The translations under genes were made by a program, and so were the position numbers. DNA of 53,617 bases from a virus (taxonomy: Duplodnaviria > Caudoviricetes), in the IMG/VR virus record IMGVR_UViG_3300046007_010355, positions 1 to 53,617 of that record; one strand, given 5' to 3'. Under the pieces are notes generated by a model. That model was given only the letters and a program-made list of their open reading frames with translations. It did no database searches and had not been told where the DNA came from. This document shows, piece by piece, positions 45,920 through 53,617 of this stretch. Position 1 is the stretch's first letter; each line of letters opens with the position of its first letter.

Positions 45920-46159
45920 TTACATAAAGCTCTTAATTAATGGGGGTAGGTATATTAATGTTATAACAGTTTGTACAGTTAGTAAACTATATTTTTTCCA
46001 TATAATTGCCTGAATAGCCCATCCTAAATTACTTACAAATAAAAACCATATGTTCAATGGATAAATGTTGAATGAAGTAAGTACCGCACCTATAATTAGA
46101 ATTGCGGTGATACTCCATTCAAACCAAAACGTCCAAGGTTGTTTCAGTGAACTAATCAC
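45920..46159 (-). CDS. Small three-TM membrane protein
   Basis: Three hydrophobic segments in 79 aa; GTG start coupled to yhhQ. Confidence 0.65.
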   Translation of the reverse strand: MISSLKQPWTFWFEWSITAILIIGAVLTSFNIYPLNIWFLFVSNLGWAIQAIIWKKYSLLTVQTVITLIYLPPLIKSFM

Positions 46160-46854
46160 TTCATACCTTTAGCTTCTTCTCTCCAAGGTGCAAGACTGAC
46201 CAACGGAGTAAGAGCTAAAATCACTGCTAATTTGAATAATGTAGATCCTGAAACAATTCGTGCAATTGCATTATTAATTTCCATGGCATTACCACCTAGC
46301 AATGGAGGAATAAACACAAAGGCAAATAATACAAACAGAACTGCATCTACTGGCAAGCTTACCAAATTAGAAACAAATGTTCTTGACCAACTACCCCAAT
46401 CTTTATCCCAAAGATATTGATAAACGAATGTATTAACCCATTGCGACACTACAGTAGCAATTTCGGATCCGATTACAATACCTAAGCTTAATTTCCAAAC
46501 TGCATCAAAATTTACACTGGGTCTAAATGCAGGTGCTGGAATAAATGTCATCAAATACATAAACCCGGCAATTAGTAGATTTAAAACTACGCCTATCAAA
46601 ATAACTCGTTGAGTAATAGCAGCACCTGCTAATTTGTGTAACATATCACGAACTACAAATACTATTGCAAACAGTAATGCACCTGCGGGTGTTACAACCC
46701 AACCAAAATCTAGAAATTTTGCAGCAGCAAAATCTGCCACAGTCATTGACATAATTAGGGTGGCACTTAGACCAATAATCCAATAAAGAGTTTTATGATC
46801 AATACTCATCAATGGATTTTCGTGAAATTTATCATGTAAAATAGTTGTACTCAT
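46156..46854 (-). CDS. yhhQ: Queuosine-precursor (preQ0/preQ1) transporter, VUT/YhhQ family
   Basis: About six TMs, AAKF...G.LLF...F..RD, RTFVSN.VS.PVD.VLF; adjacent to queD. Confidence 0.75.
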   Translation of the reverse strand: MSTTILHDKFHENPLMSIDHKTLYWIIGLSATLIMSMTVADFAAAKFLDFGWVVTPAGALLFAIVFVVRDMLHKLAGAAITQRVILIGVVLNLLIAGFMYLMTFIPAPAFRPSVNFDAVWKLSLGIVIGSEIATVVSQWVNTFVYQYLWDKDWGSWSRTFVSNLVSLPVDAVLFVLFAFVFIPPLLGGNAMEINNAIARIVSGSTLFKLAVILALTPLVSLAPWREEAKGMK

Positions 46855-46873
46855 TTTTTTCCTTTTTTAAAAT

Positions 46874-47428
46874 TTATGCGAACAAATCTTCATTCCATTC
46901 GCGGTGACCTTCTCTAAAAGCCATATTGTTTTGAGTTTCTCTTACTTCTACGCGAAAGCACCAGAGTCGTTCAGCTTCTCCAGGTCCCCACATATCAGGA
47001 ATATACACTCCATTAACAAATTTGTAAAGCATATCGGCTAAACCTTCACATCCTAGTTTCGGTAGAATGGTTAGTTTAGCCATTTTCTTTTCTTGTAATA
47101 ATTTGAATGTTTCCAATTCTGGATCATCTTGTGCTACAAGTAAAGTATGATCAAATTGGTCTTCTAATATTTTTTTAAGTTCTTTTAGACCACCATAATC
47201 AGCAGCCCAATTTCGAATATCGAGATCATTAGTCCCGAAATAAAACTTCATTGAAAAACTATAACCGTGGATTAAATTACAGTGACTATCGGCACGCCAT
47301 TGACGATATGCACAGGGAAATGTGTCGTGATATTCTTTAGTACTGGTGAATTTATATGTAATTGGGCCACGATATGGAAAGTTTTGTTCCATATGACGTA
47401 TTAACTCTTGTGTGGATGTTTTTGCCAT
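46874..47428 (-). CDS. queD: 6-carboxytetrahydropterin synthase / 6-pyruvoyl-tetrahydropterin synthase
   Basis: HCNLIHGY, D.G.LK, FDHTLL, GCEGLA, VRET. Confidence 0.85.
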   Translation of the reverse strand: MAKTSTQELIRHMEQNFPYRGPITYKFTSTKEYHDTFPCAYRQWRADSHCNLIHGYSFSMKFYFGTNDLDIRNWAADYGGLKELKKILEDQFDHTLLVAQDDPELETFKLLQEKKMAKLTILPKLGCEGLADMLYKFVNGVYIPDMWGPGEAERLWCFRVEVRETQNNMAFREGHREWNEDLFA

Positions 47429-47510
47429 CTCTTGCCTCCTTGAGTAAGTTTGATGACAGCAGAATTTATAAAGCGGGGTGATGCCAAGACCGCTGTTAAA
47501 ATTATATTTA
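47429..47510 (-). ncRNA. Candidate preQ1-I-like riboswitch or structured leader of the queD-yhhQ operon
   Basis: TAAATA promoter, then AGCGG-UCUUGGCAUCACC-CCGCU-UUAUAAAUUC-UGCUG, then GGAGG RBS. Confidence 0.5.
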
Positions 47511-47511
47511 A

Positions 47512-47700
47512 TTATTTTTTTATGTCAACAGTTATTTTAGAAATATCTGATTTAAGTAATTCAAAATCAGATTTAATTTTTTGTATAATTTGAATTTCTC
47601 TTTTTCTTGTAATTATGATTTGAATAGCGGTATACAGAAATAATAACCAACCTAAAACAGCGCCTATAAAAATGATTGTTAACTCTAATTTAGTTGCCAT
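47512..47700 (-). CDS. Small membrane protein
   Basis: One TM; GGGAG RBS. Confidence 0.65.
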   Translation of the reverse strand: MATKLELTIIFIGAVLGWLLFLYTAIQIIITRKREIQIIQKIKSDFELLKSDISKITVDIKK

Positions 47701-47704
47701 AATG

Positions 47705-47745
47705 TTCTCCCATAAGTGTATTATTTACTTTATCTTAAGGGAGAA
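47705..47745 (-). promoter_or_regulatory. RBS-sequestering hairpin with a TAAATA promoter in its loop
   Basis: TTCTCCC-T-TAAG...TAAATA...CTTA-T-GGGAGAA directly before the ATG. Confidence 0.55.
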
Positions 47746-47756
47746 AATATTTAACT

Positions 47757-48281
47757 TTAATCAGTAATATTCAAAAATTTTCTAAGCATTTTCTCCACAT
47801 AGTTATTCAATGACATATCTGCTTCGTGAGCTAATTTAAAAAGCACTAACAACTCTGAATCTGACAATTCGATTGGAAAAGAGACTCTGGTGTCGTAAGT
47901 TTCGCCGAGCCTAATTGATTTAGATTTGCTAATCCAATCCTCTACAAGTTCTAAATCAACCCATTTGACGTCTTCCCATGCGGTATCATCTACTTTATTA
48001 TTTAGAACTTCTGTATTATACAGATTTTTGTATTTGGGATTGATAATACGGTATGCATTATTATTTTTATAATCGCATGCCTCGATAACATAAACTTCTT
48101 GAGTATCGGTGTCGAACACAACATTAAAGCTATATCCGTCGTGGTCTCCATTCCAACTAGATAAAGAATAAGCTTTATCACCGAAACAGTTCCATTGGTA
48201 TTGTGTTCCTTCTGTGATTCTATAATCTACAGTTTCAAACCATGTTTTAAGATCAATCATAATTTCCTCTTTAATCTTCAA
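47757..48281 (-). CDS. Conserved phage hypothetical protein
   Basis: 174-aa ORF with a possible ribbon-helix-helix-like C-terminus. Confidence 0.8.
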   Translation of the reverse strand: MKIKEEIMIDLKTWFETVDYRITEGTQYQWNCFGDKAYSLSSWNGDHDGYSFNVVFDTDTQEVYVIEACDYKNNNAYRIINPKYKNLYNTEVLNNKVDDTAWEDVKWVDLELVEDWISKSKSIRLGETYDTRVSFPIELSDSELLVLFKLAHEADMSLNNYVEKMLRKFLNITD

Positions 48282-48423
48282 AAGTTAGAATTTTGTTTTT
48301 GTGTTTAGGTTTACGCTTGATTTTAATTTTCTTTAACCTATCGAAATCGGAAAATAAAATGTCAGTGCGTTTGTATGTATTACGGACTTTATAAATTTTT
48401 TGAATTGATGCAGTTTTTTCCAT
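48271..48423 (-). CDS. Small basic hypothetical protein
   Basis: Likely start MEKTAS at 48423. Confidence 0.55.
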   Translation of the reverse strand: MEKTASIQKIYKVRNTYKRTDILFSDFDRLKKIKIKRKPKHKNKILTFED

Positions 48424-48430
48424 AATCTTA

Positions 48431-48622
48431 TTAATGTTCAAATTGAGCAATAACAATGTCGATAGCTTTAATAACTTCTTTATTTTTTTCGACATCTTCT
48501 GGATGTAACCATTGACCTTTTTTGTAATTACTAAGTTCTTTTTTCAAGTAAGTTCTATATTCTTTTAAATTAGCGCAGGTAATTCTTGATGCTGTTTCCC
48601 AATCTAAAGTAATAGCTTTCAT
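48431..48622 (-). CDS. Hypothetical protein
   Basis: 63-aa ORF, AAGGAAG RBS. Confidence 0.7.
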   Translation of the reverse strand: MKAITLDWETASRITCANLKEYRTYLKKELSNYKKGQWLHPEDVEKNKEVIKAIDIVIAQFEH

Positions 48623-48639
48623 TAAAAATCTTCCTTGAT

Positions 48640-49053
48640 TTATTTTTGATCAGTCAATCCGGCAATAATTTGAAAATTTTCCCAAGCTTTTTTAACAGCA
48701 GGATGGCTTTCCATATCTTCCTGTGAAGGTCCTACTTCTAGCCAATAATAGGGCAAACGACCAGGACGAGCACCAAATTGTCTAGGTTGATGTAATTTTC
48801 CCTGATTCCATAAATCAATACTGACCGAACGAACCCTCTCTTCATCCTGTGTAGAAAAATTGCTCCATTCTGGCATTGACCATGGACTTCCTGCGGTATA
48901 ACCGCCACCATAACCTTGCCAAATACCATCCCATTGTTTTTGATCTCTGGGATCAAAATCTGTTCGAGCAATTATGACAAGTACATCTTTGATATCTACT
49001 TTGCCTTCTACAATATCTCGAACACATCTGCTGAACGAAAGGCCTATTTTCAT
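48640..49053 (-). CDS. Hypothetical protein
   Basis: MKIGLSFSRCVRDIV...GKLHQPR; likely start at 49053. Confidence 0.8.
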   Translation of the reverse strand: MKIGLSFSRCVRDIVEGKVDIKDVLVIIARTDFDPRDQKQWDGIWQGYGGGYTAGSPWSMPEWSNFSTQDEERVRSVSIDLWNQGKLHQPRQFGARPGRLPYYWLEVGPSQEDMESHPAVKKAWENFQIIAGLTDQK

Positions 49054-49457
49054 GATTGTTCCTGTAACCATTCAATTCTAAAATCTTCGGGATCATCTAC
49101 TAACATATGTTCTTTTACTTCAGTCCACTTTCCATCTATTTTAATTTCTATTTTAACTTTTGTCAATTCTTCCTGAACCTTACGGTCAATTTCATCTAGT
49201 ATTCCGCAACGTTTCATAGCTTCAATTTTGCTCCATTTTTGGAATTTATCAGTTGAAGCCATTTTTACAAAAGCATCTCTTTTGTTGTCATGTTGACTAC
49301 GACTACTTTCACTGTATCCATGAGCACCACTTGCACGATGACTACAGTGTACAGCAGAACTAGTTTTGTTACGTTTTTGACCACCGGCACCTGTGCCTTT
49401 GGTGTAACTCCAATCACAGTCTTTGGCAGTGACCGAAAACAAAATATTATTAGTCAT
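49050..49457 (-). CDS. Class I release-factor-domain protein (GGQ peptidyl-tRNA hydrolase, ArfB-like)
   Basis: GTGAGGQKRNKTSSAV...SRSQHDNKRDAF; no codon-recognition domain. Confidence 0.8.
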   Translation of the reverse strand: MTNNILFSVTAKDCDWSYTKGTGAGGQKRNKTSSAVHCSHRASGAHGYSESSRSQHDNKRDAFVKMASTDKFQKWSKIEAMKRCGILDEIDRKVQEELTKVKIEIKIDGKWTEVKEHMLVDDPEDFRIEWLQEQS

Positions 49458-49698
49458 TTTTGTCTTGCTCATATTTTTTAATCATACGATATAGTGGTTC
49501 GAGATCTTTTGCAAAATGTTCCGGAATTTTCTCTGTTATTAACTCCAGGTGATAATCATCTGGCCAATGACGCAGTAATGATCTTGCTTGTTGTCTGATC
49601 GTTTTTGGCACTCTTGGGGTCATCATAGGACTTTGCAATCCTATAAGAAACTTTTTAGTTTGAATTAGACTACGATATCTTTCGTCTGCTAAGGTCAT
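49450..49698 (-). CDS. Hypothetical protein
   Basis: MTLADERYRSL...PRVP..IRQQARSLLRHWP. Confidence 0.75.
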   Translation of the reverse strand: MTLADERYRSLIQTKKFLIGLQSPMMTPRVPKTIRQQARSLLRHWPDDYHLELITEKIPEHFAKDLEPLYRMIKKYEQDKND

Positions 49699-49705
49699 AA
49701 TACTA

Positions 49706-50893
49706 TTACCTGTAAATTTTTAAGATAACTACATCTTCGTTTATACGTCCAGAATGAGCAGTTTCGGTAGTTTTAACTGATTTACCAAACCAAGTTTCGA
49801 ATCTTTTTTGAGTATTTTGTTCTTTAAATTCTTTAAGTTGAACAGCTGGATTCCTTAAAGTTCTTTGAACACTTTTTTCACTAAAATTCAAAAGTGATGT
49901 ACCTTTTACACTTAGACCATTTGAATTTTTACTGATAATATAGGCCAACTTTCTAGTTTTTGTATTATACAAAACCAAACTGTTTGAACCAATAATACCT
50001 GCCGGGGGGACACTAACTAACCCTAGTTTATCATCTCTAATACAAAATTTAAGTTTTTTGATTAAATCTTCCGCTGGCTTTACTTTCTTAGCACGTGGTT
50101 TTTTAAGAACTTTTTGTTCAGCCGCAATTTGATCACATGCTGTCATAATCATTTCATAAAATTCAATAAGTTTTTTAACATTACGACGACTGTTATGTCT
50201 GTATGCCTCTCGAAGTTGCTCATCGGCTTCTCCACTTGACAATTCTAATAGTTCATTATAACTGTTTTGGAAATATGATTTAATATATCTGCTTTGAGCA
50301 CCCTTAACATGTTTCCCACGCAACAGATTAATAACCTTAAATGATTTTGGATCAAAATTTTCTGGATCATTAATCCAAGAATCGATTGCAGCATCTAGTT
50401 CTTCGCTAGCAACACCTGCTTGATCTTTAATTCTGTCCTGTATAGAAATAATTAATTCTGGGGGTTTAACTAGAATTTTACTTGTTTCGGTCTCGTCTGG
50501 ATCTTCTTGTCCTTCATTTATAATTGTTAGAATTTCCTTTTTCAGCCATTCGGCACTATTACGTCCTTTGTTGAACGCTGGATGAACAGAAGGCATACCA
50601 TTATTCAAGTTGGCAGCAATAGCGCCCATAGTAAAATGACTACGAGAATCTTTTGTTTTCTTAAAAGCATCGATTAGATCTTTATCAAAACTATTTCTAC
50701 CCATCCAATTGATTACTTGTGGTTTTAGTTCTTTGGCACTTTTTTCTAAGCGATACCAATCCATAGAATCTCTAAAATGTTTATGGAATTGTTCACCAGA
50801 CCAAGTTTCTGCACCATCCCATTTTGGACTTCTATCTTTTTTAGAATTTTGTAGAACAGCATGAGCTTTTTGACGTTTCAATGCAGTAGCCAT
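49706..50893 (-). CDS. Conserved phage hypothetical protein
   Basis: 395-aa ORF, AGGAG RBS, own promoter. Confidence 0.85.
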   Translation of the reverse strand: MATALKRQKAHAVLQNSKKDRSPKWDGAETWSGEQFHKHFRDSMDWYRLEKSAKELKPQVINWMGRNSFDKDLIDAFKKTKDSRSHFTMGAIAANLNNGMPSVHPAFNKGRNSAEWLKKEILTIINEGQEDPDETETSKILVKPPELIISIQDRIKDQAGVASEELDAAIDSWINDPENFDPKSFKVINLLRGKHVKGAQSRYIKSYFQNSYNELLELSSGEADEQLREAYRHNSRRNVKKLIEFYEMIMTACDQIAAEQKVLKKPRAKKVKPAEDLIKKLKFCIRDDKLGLVSVPPAGIIGSNSLVLYNTKTRKLAYIISKNSNGLSVKGTSLLNFSEKSVQRTLRNPAVQLKEFKEQNTQKRFETWFGKSVKTTETAHSGRINEDVVILKIYR

Positions 50894-50924
50894 CTGTGCT
50901 CCTAAAAGTTAGTATATAGTAGTA

Positions 50925-50953
50925 ATTATATATTCAATTTATGACAAAGTCAA
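50925..50953 (-). promoter_or_regulatory. Near-consensus sigma70 (early) promoter
   Basis: TTGACT-N17-TATAAT. Confidence 0.7.
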
Positions 50954-50958
50954 TCAAA

Positions 50959-51306
50959 TTAAACAATAACCGGTACTATTGTGTTTCTGTTTGAGAATAA
51001 TTTATGACCACGTTGTCTAATTAGGTCAGCGGTCTCTTGTGGATATTCTTCCCATTGATTGCGCCAAAACTTTTCATCAAGTGTAGAATCACAATCGATA
51101 GCATAAATTTCATAATGACGTTGACTATTGAATTGTGCTCTTAGAATTAGATTTCTAATGATATGATCTAGTGGATTTTTTTCAGTTCGCTCTTCTTTTA
51201 GGATTCTAATTAAATTTTGTTTATCCCAATGCTCATATTGAGTGATGGGGATAATACCTTCAATACCATGATGGTCCCAAGAAAAAATAAATGCATTAGT
51301 GGTCAT
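50959..51306 (-). CDS. Hypothetical protein
   Basis: 115-aa ORF (RAQFNSQRHYEIY). Confidence 0.8.
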   Translation of the reverse strand: MTTNAFIFSWDHHGIEGIIPITQYEHWDKQNLIRILKEERTEKNPLDHIIRNLILRAQFNSQRHYEIYAIDCDSTLDEKFWRNQWEEYPQETADLIRQRGHKLFSNRNTIVPVIV

Positions 51307-51589
51307 TTAGAAATTCTCCGTATTTTAACAAGAACATCGTGCGTTTTGGTTCATTGTAAAAATCCAAACAGATCTTTTTTTCAAAATTCCTGCGTGATGT
51401 ACCTATATCCAAGATCCATTCTTCATGCCATCTAACTGTAAACCCTAGAACAACTTTCATTTTTTCTCGAATGAGAATTACACTACTAGGATGGTCTTTC
51501 GCCAATTGTCTATGTAGTAGTCCCCATTTTGCTTCAGTAAGTATAATAGGTTTATTCAAAATGTTCCCAATCTCCGCCTTTGGCGGCAA
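51296..51589 (-). CDS. Hypothetical protein
   Basis: ORF ending LDFYNEPKRTMFLLKY; start uncertain. Confidence 0.7.
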   Translation of the reverse strand: MPPKAEIGNILNKPIILTEAKWGLLHRQLAKDHPSSVILIREKMKVVLGFTVRWHEEWILDIGTSRRNFEKKICLDFYNEPKRTMFLLKYGEFLNDH

Positions 51590-52136
51590 CCCAACCTAGA
51601 GTTTTTAGGTCTTGTTTGATTTCTTCAGTGATCATGCCTTCTGGAACATATTTAGAAAAGACAGTTTCCCACAATTGCTTTTGTTCATCGGTCCAATTTT
51701 CTTCTTCACCTGAAGATGGATGACGATCTCTAATACCCGAACAGTACCAATCGATATAATCGCCCTCTTGTCGCATATCTGCTACAATACCACCGGCATA
51801 GCGCCAAGAGCAACTCCATTCTTGTTCTGTTAAAATAGGAATTACATCAAGTTTGGTAAAACTATTATTACAGAATGCAGCATACAGATTTTGGGCATAG
51901 TATTCACTACTTCTAGTTTTTTCTAAAATCCAATCTGTAGTCAATAAATCGTATTCTAGATTATTTTTTCGTGATTCTGGATTGTCAAATCTAGTGTCAT
52001 ACTGTTCTAATGATTTATCGAAAAAATCAAGATATTCGGGACTGGGATCCTCGCCGTTTTCTTTTTGACGCTTGATGTACTTTTCTTTTTGAAAAGTCAT
52101 TCTACCGGGGCTTTTGCTAACCATTTTTAAGTCCAA
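51552..52136 (-). CDS. Hypothetical protein
   Basis: YAQNLYAA.CNN...WSCSWRYAGGIVA...YIDWYCSG. Confidence 0.8.
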   Translation of the reverse strand: MDLKMVSKSPGRMTFQKEKYIKRQKENGEDPSPEYLDFFDKSLEQYDTRFDNPESRKNNLEYDLLTTDWILEKTRSSEYYAQNLYAAFCNNSFTKLDVIPILTEQEWSCSWRYAGGIVADMRQEGDYIDWYCSGIRDRHPSSGEEENWTDEQKQLWETVFSKYVPEGMITEEIKQDLKTLGWVAAKGGDWEHFE

Positions 52137-52975
52137 AGAGATTTGCGAATTTTAATTAAACGGATCAACATTTCTTCATCCTCTTTTTCGTAGGCTTCTT
52201 CTATTTCTTGACTTTTATTCAATGCTGTATGTCCAAACTCTTTAAGTTCTGGAGAAATTTTATCATCACAAAACCAATCCAAATCTTTATCACCGTTAAT
52301 TTCACGCTTACGAGCACAGTATTCTGTCCAACCACTAGCATCATGAGGATCTGGACGATTTGGATATACTTCGGTCCACCATTTGTATAGTGCTAGAACT
52401 TCTTTTGCTCGTTCGGCCTGATAGGTAGGTTTTCCGATAAGTTCGGGATCAGTAACCTCTTCTTCTTTCCAAACCAATTCACTTTGCCATTTAAGGTTAT
52501 CTAGACCAGCCTGTGGACATCGCCATAGACGCATATTCCACCAGCCGAATCTCCACCACGGAGCATTATATTTTTTACGCTCTTCCTTATCTTCCCAAGC
52601 AAGATGCCACCAAGCCAATTCAACTTCAACATAGTTGACCAATTCGTTAAAAAGACAAGGTAAAAAGCGATATCCAATATCTTGCCATTGTCCGGGCTTG
52701 ATATCTCGAGGATGTGCAGTAAGACTATGAGTTCGACTGACCCAACGATTATTAATATAATATTTTACATCGTATAATCGATCAATAGGCCAGTAAAGGA
52801 AGGATTGGATATGATCCAACCCCTCCTCGGCCAACCAGTAACGATAGGGATACTTTGATTTAGCATCCTTTCTCCAGTCACGCCAACCTTCTGCGGTTAG
52901 TGCACCTTGTTTAGGAGTTCCTCTAAGCCAATCGGCAAATTTAGTACAACTCCAATAACGAACACGTTGAGCCAT
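52127..52975 (-). CDS. Hypothetical Trp-rich protein
   Basis: 282-aa ORF. Confidence 0.8.
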   Translation of the reverse strand: MAQRVRYWSCTKFADWLRGTPKQGALTAEGWRDWRKDAKSKYPYRYWLAEEGLDHIQSFLYWPIDRLYDVKYYINNRWVSRTHSLTAHPRDIKPGQWQDIGYRFLPCLFNELVNYVEVELAWWHLAWEDKEERKKYNAPWWRFGWWNMRLWRCPQAGLDNLKWQSELVWKEEEVTDPELIGKPTYQAERAKEVLALYKWWTEVYPNRPDPHDASGWTEYCARKREINGDKDLDWFCDDKISPELKEFGHTALNKSQEIEEAYEKEDEEMLIRLIKIRKSLWT

Positions 52976-53616
52976 TAATCTTCCTTAGTACCAAATAGTT
53001 GAAGTAAACTAGTGAAAATGTTAATAAAATTGATATATAGACTCAATGCCCCTAAAATTTCAGCACGATGATCTTCACCTACAACACTAACTTGTTCACG
53101 AATTTGTTGAGTATCGTATGCAGTTAATGCCATAAAAAGAATAACTGCCACGGCTGAAATGATAGTTTGCATTAGGCTACTACCAATGAACACATTAATT
53201 ATACTACAAATAATGATTGCAATCAAGCCTACAATCAAATATTTGCCCCAATTATCCAAACTTTGTTTAGTAAAATAACCATAAAGGCTCATTGTTCCAA
53301 ATAATACAGCCGCGCCCATAAACGCAGTAACAATGCTATATCCAGTGAACATAGCAATTAAACCGCTTAAGCTTAGACCCATGACACCTGCAAATGCCAA
53401 AAGTAGGGCAAGGGCTCCTTCTTTTGGAATACCGGCATTAATAGCAAGTGGAACCAAAAATACAAAAAGCAATGGAGCGAAAATAGTAATCCATTTTGTA
53501 ATAGGTCCAAAAAAGATTGCCATCGCGGCTGGACTTGATGCTACGGCCAAACTCACAATCATACTTACAGCTACAGATAGAGCCATGTAATTATAAACTC
53601 TACCCATTGCTGAATT
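52975..53616 (-). CDS. Bax inhibitor-1/YccA family membrane protein, probably 5'-truncated by the window edge
   Basis: About seven TMs, LTAYDTQQI, GALSLYINFINIF; frame stays open upstream of ATG 53607 (NSAMGRVY). Confidence 0.88.
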   Translation of the reverse strand, partial: NSAMGRVYNYMALSVAVSMIVSLAVASSPAAMAIFFGPITKWITIFAPLLFVFLVPLAINAGIPKEGALALLLAFAGVMGLSLSGLIAMFTGYSIVTAFMGAAVLFGTMSLYGYFTKQSLDNWGKYLIVGLIAIIICSIINVFIGSSLMQTIISAVAVILFMALTAYDTQQIREQVSVVGEDHRAEILGALSLYINFINIFTSLLQLFGTKED

Positions 53617-53617
53617 A

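Noticed and set aside
172-53590. Many plus-strand ORFs of 60-160 aa in the track (for example 3276-3713, 8010-8423, 12410-12769, 41770-42258)
   Set aside because: Antisense shadows of well-supported minus-strand genes, with no motifs or RBS
1-53617. Stop-codon reassignment suggested by the release-factor-like gene
   Set aside because: Long genes are intact in the standard code, and TAA, TGA and TAG (for example phoH, dadA) all terminate genes
1-53617. tRNA or rRNA genes
   Set aside because: Intergenic gaps are short and none shows a cloverleaf or T-loop signature by eye

Overview
An AT-rich, gene-dense segment of a large T4-like (myovirus/jumbo-type) dsDNA phage, almost entirely on the minus strand and in the standard genetic code. 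A two-component spanin pair points to a Gram-negative host. It carries replication genes (family B polymerase, sliding clamp, clamp loader, a Pol III alpha fragment) and 7-deazaguanine genes (TGT/DpdA-like, QueD, YhhQ/VUT transporter). It also has a block of probable head-packaged proteins and polyproteins, proteostasis genes (ClpA, Def, DnaJ, GroES), an extended lysis cassette, phoH and two (Ser-Gly-X)n tail fibres. An accessory region holds UvsE, a UDP-glucuronate decarboxylase-like enzyme, DadA, a GGQ release-factor domain protein and BI-1/YccA. Signals that the ORF track does not show: (1) a dnaX-type -1 frameshift cassette (A AAA AAG plus hairpin) extending the 749-aa ORF; (2) a preQ1-riboswitch-like leader upstream of queD; (3) tandem covarying pseudoknot-like units upstream of the polymerase; (4) a codon-locked 12-nt repeat delimiting modules of a polyprotein; (5) a 1310-aa protein fusing three nucleotidyltransferase folds; (6) a homing endonuclease that duplicated its target gene's C-terminus; (7) 5'-3' complementarity flanking phoH. 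All calls come from reading motifs by eye; no database search was run.
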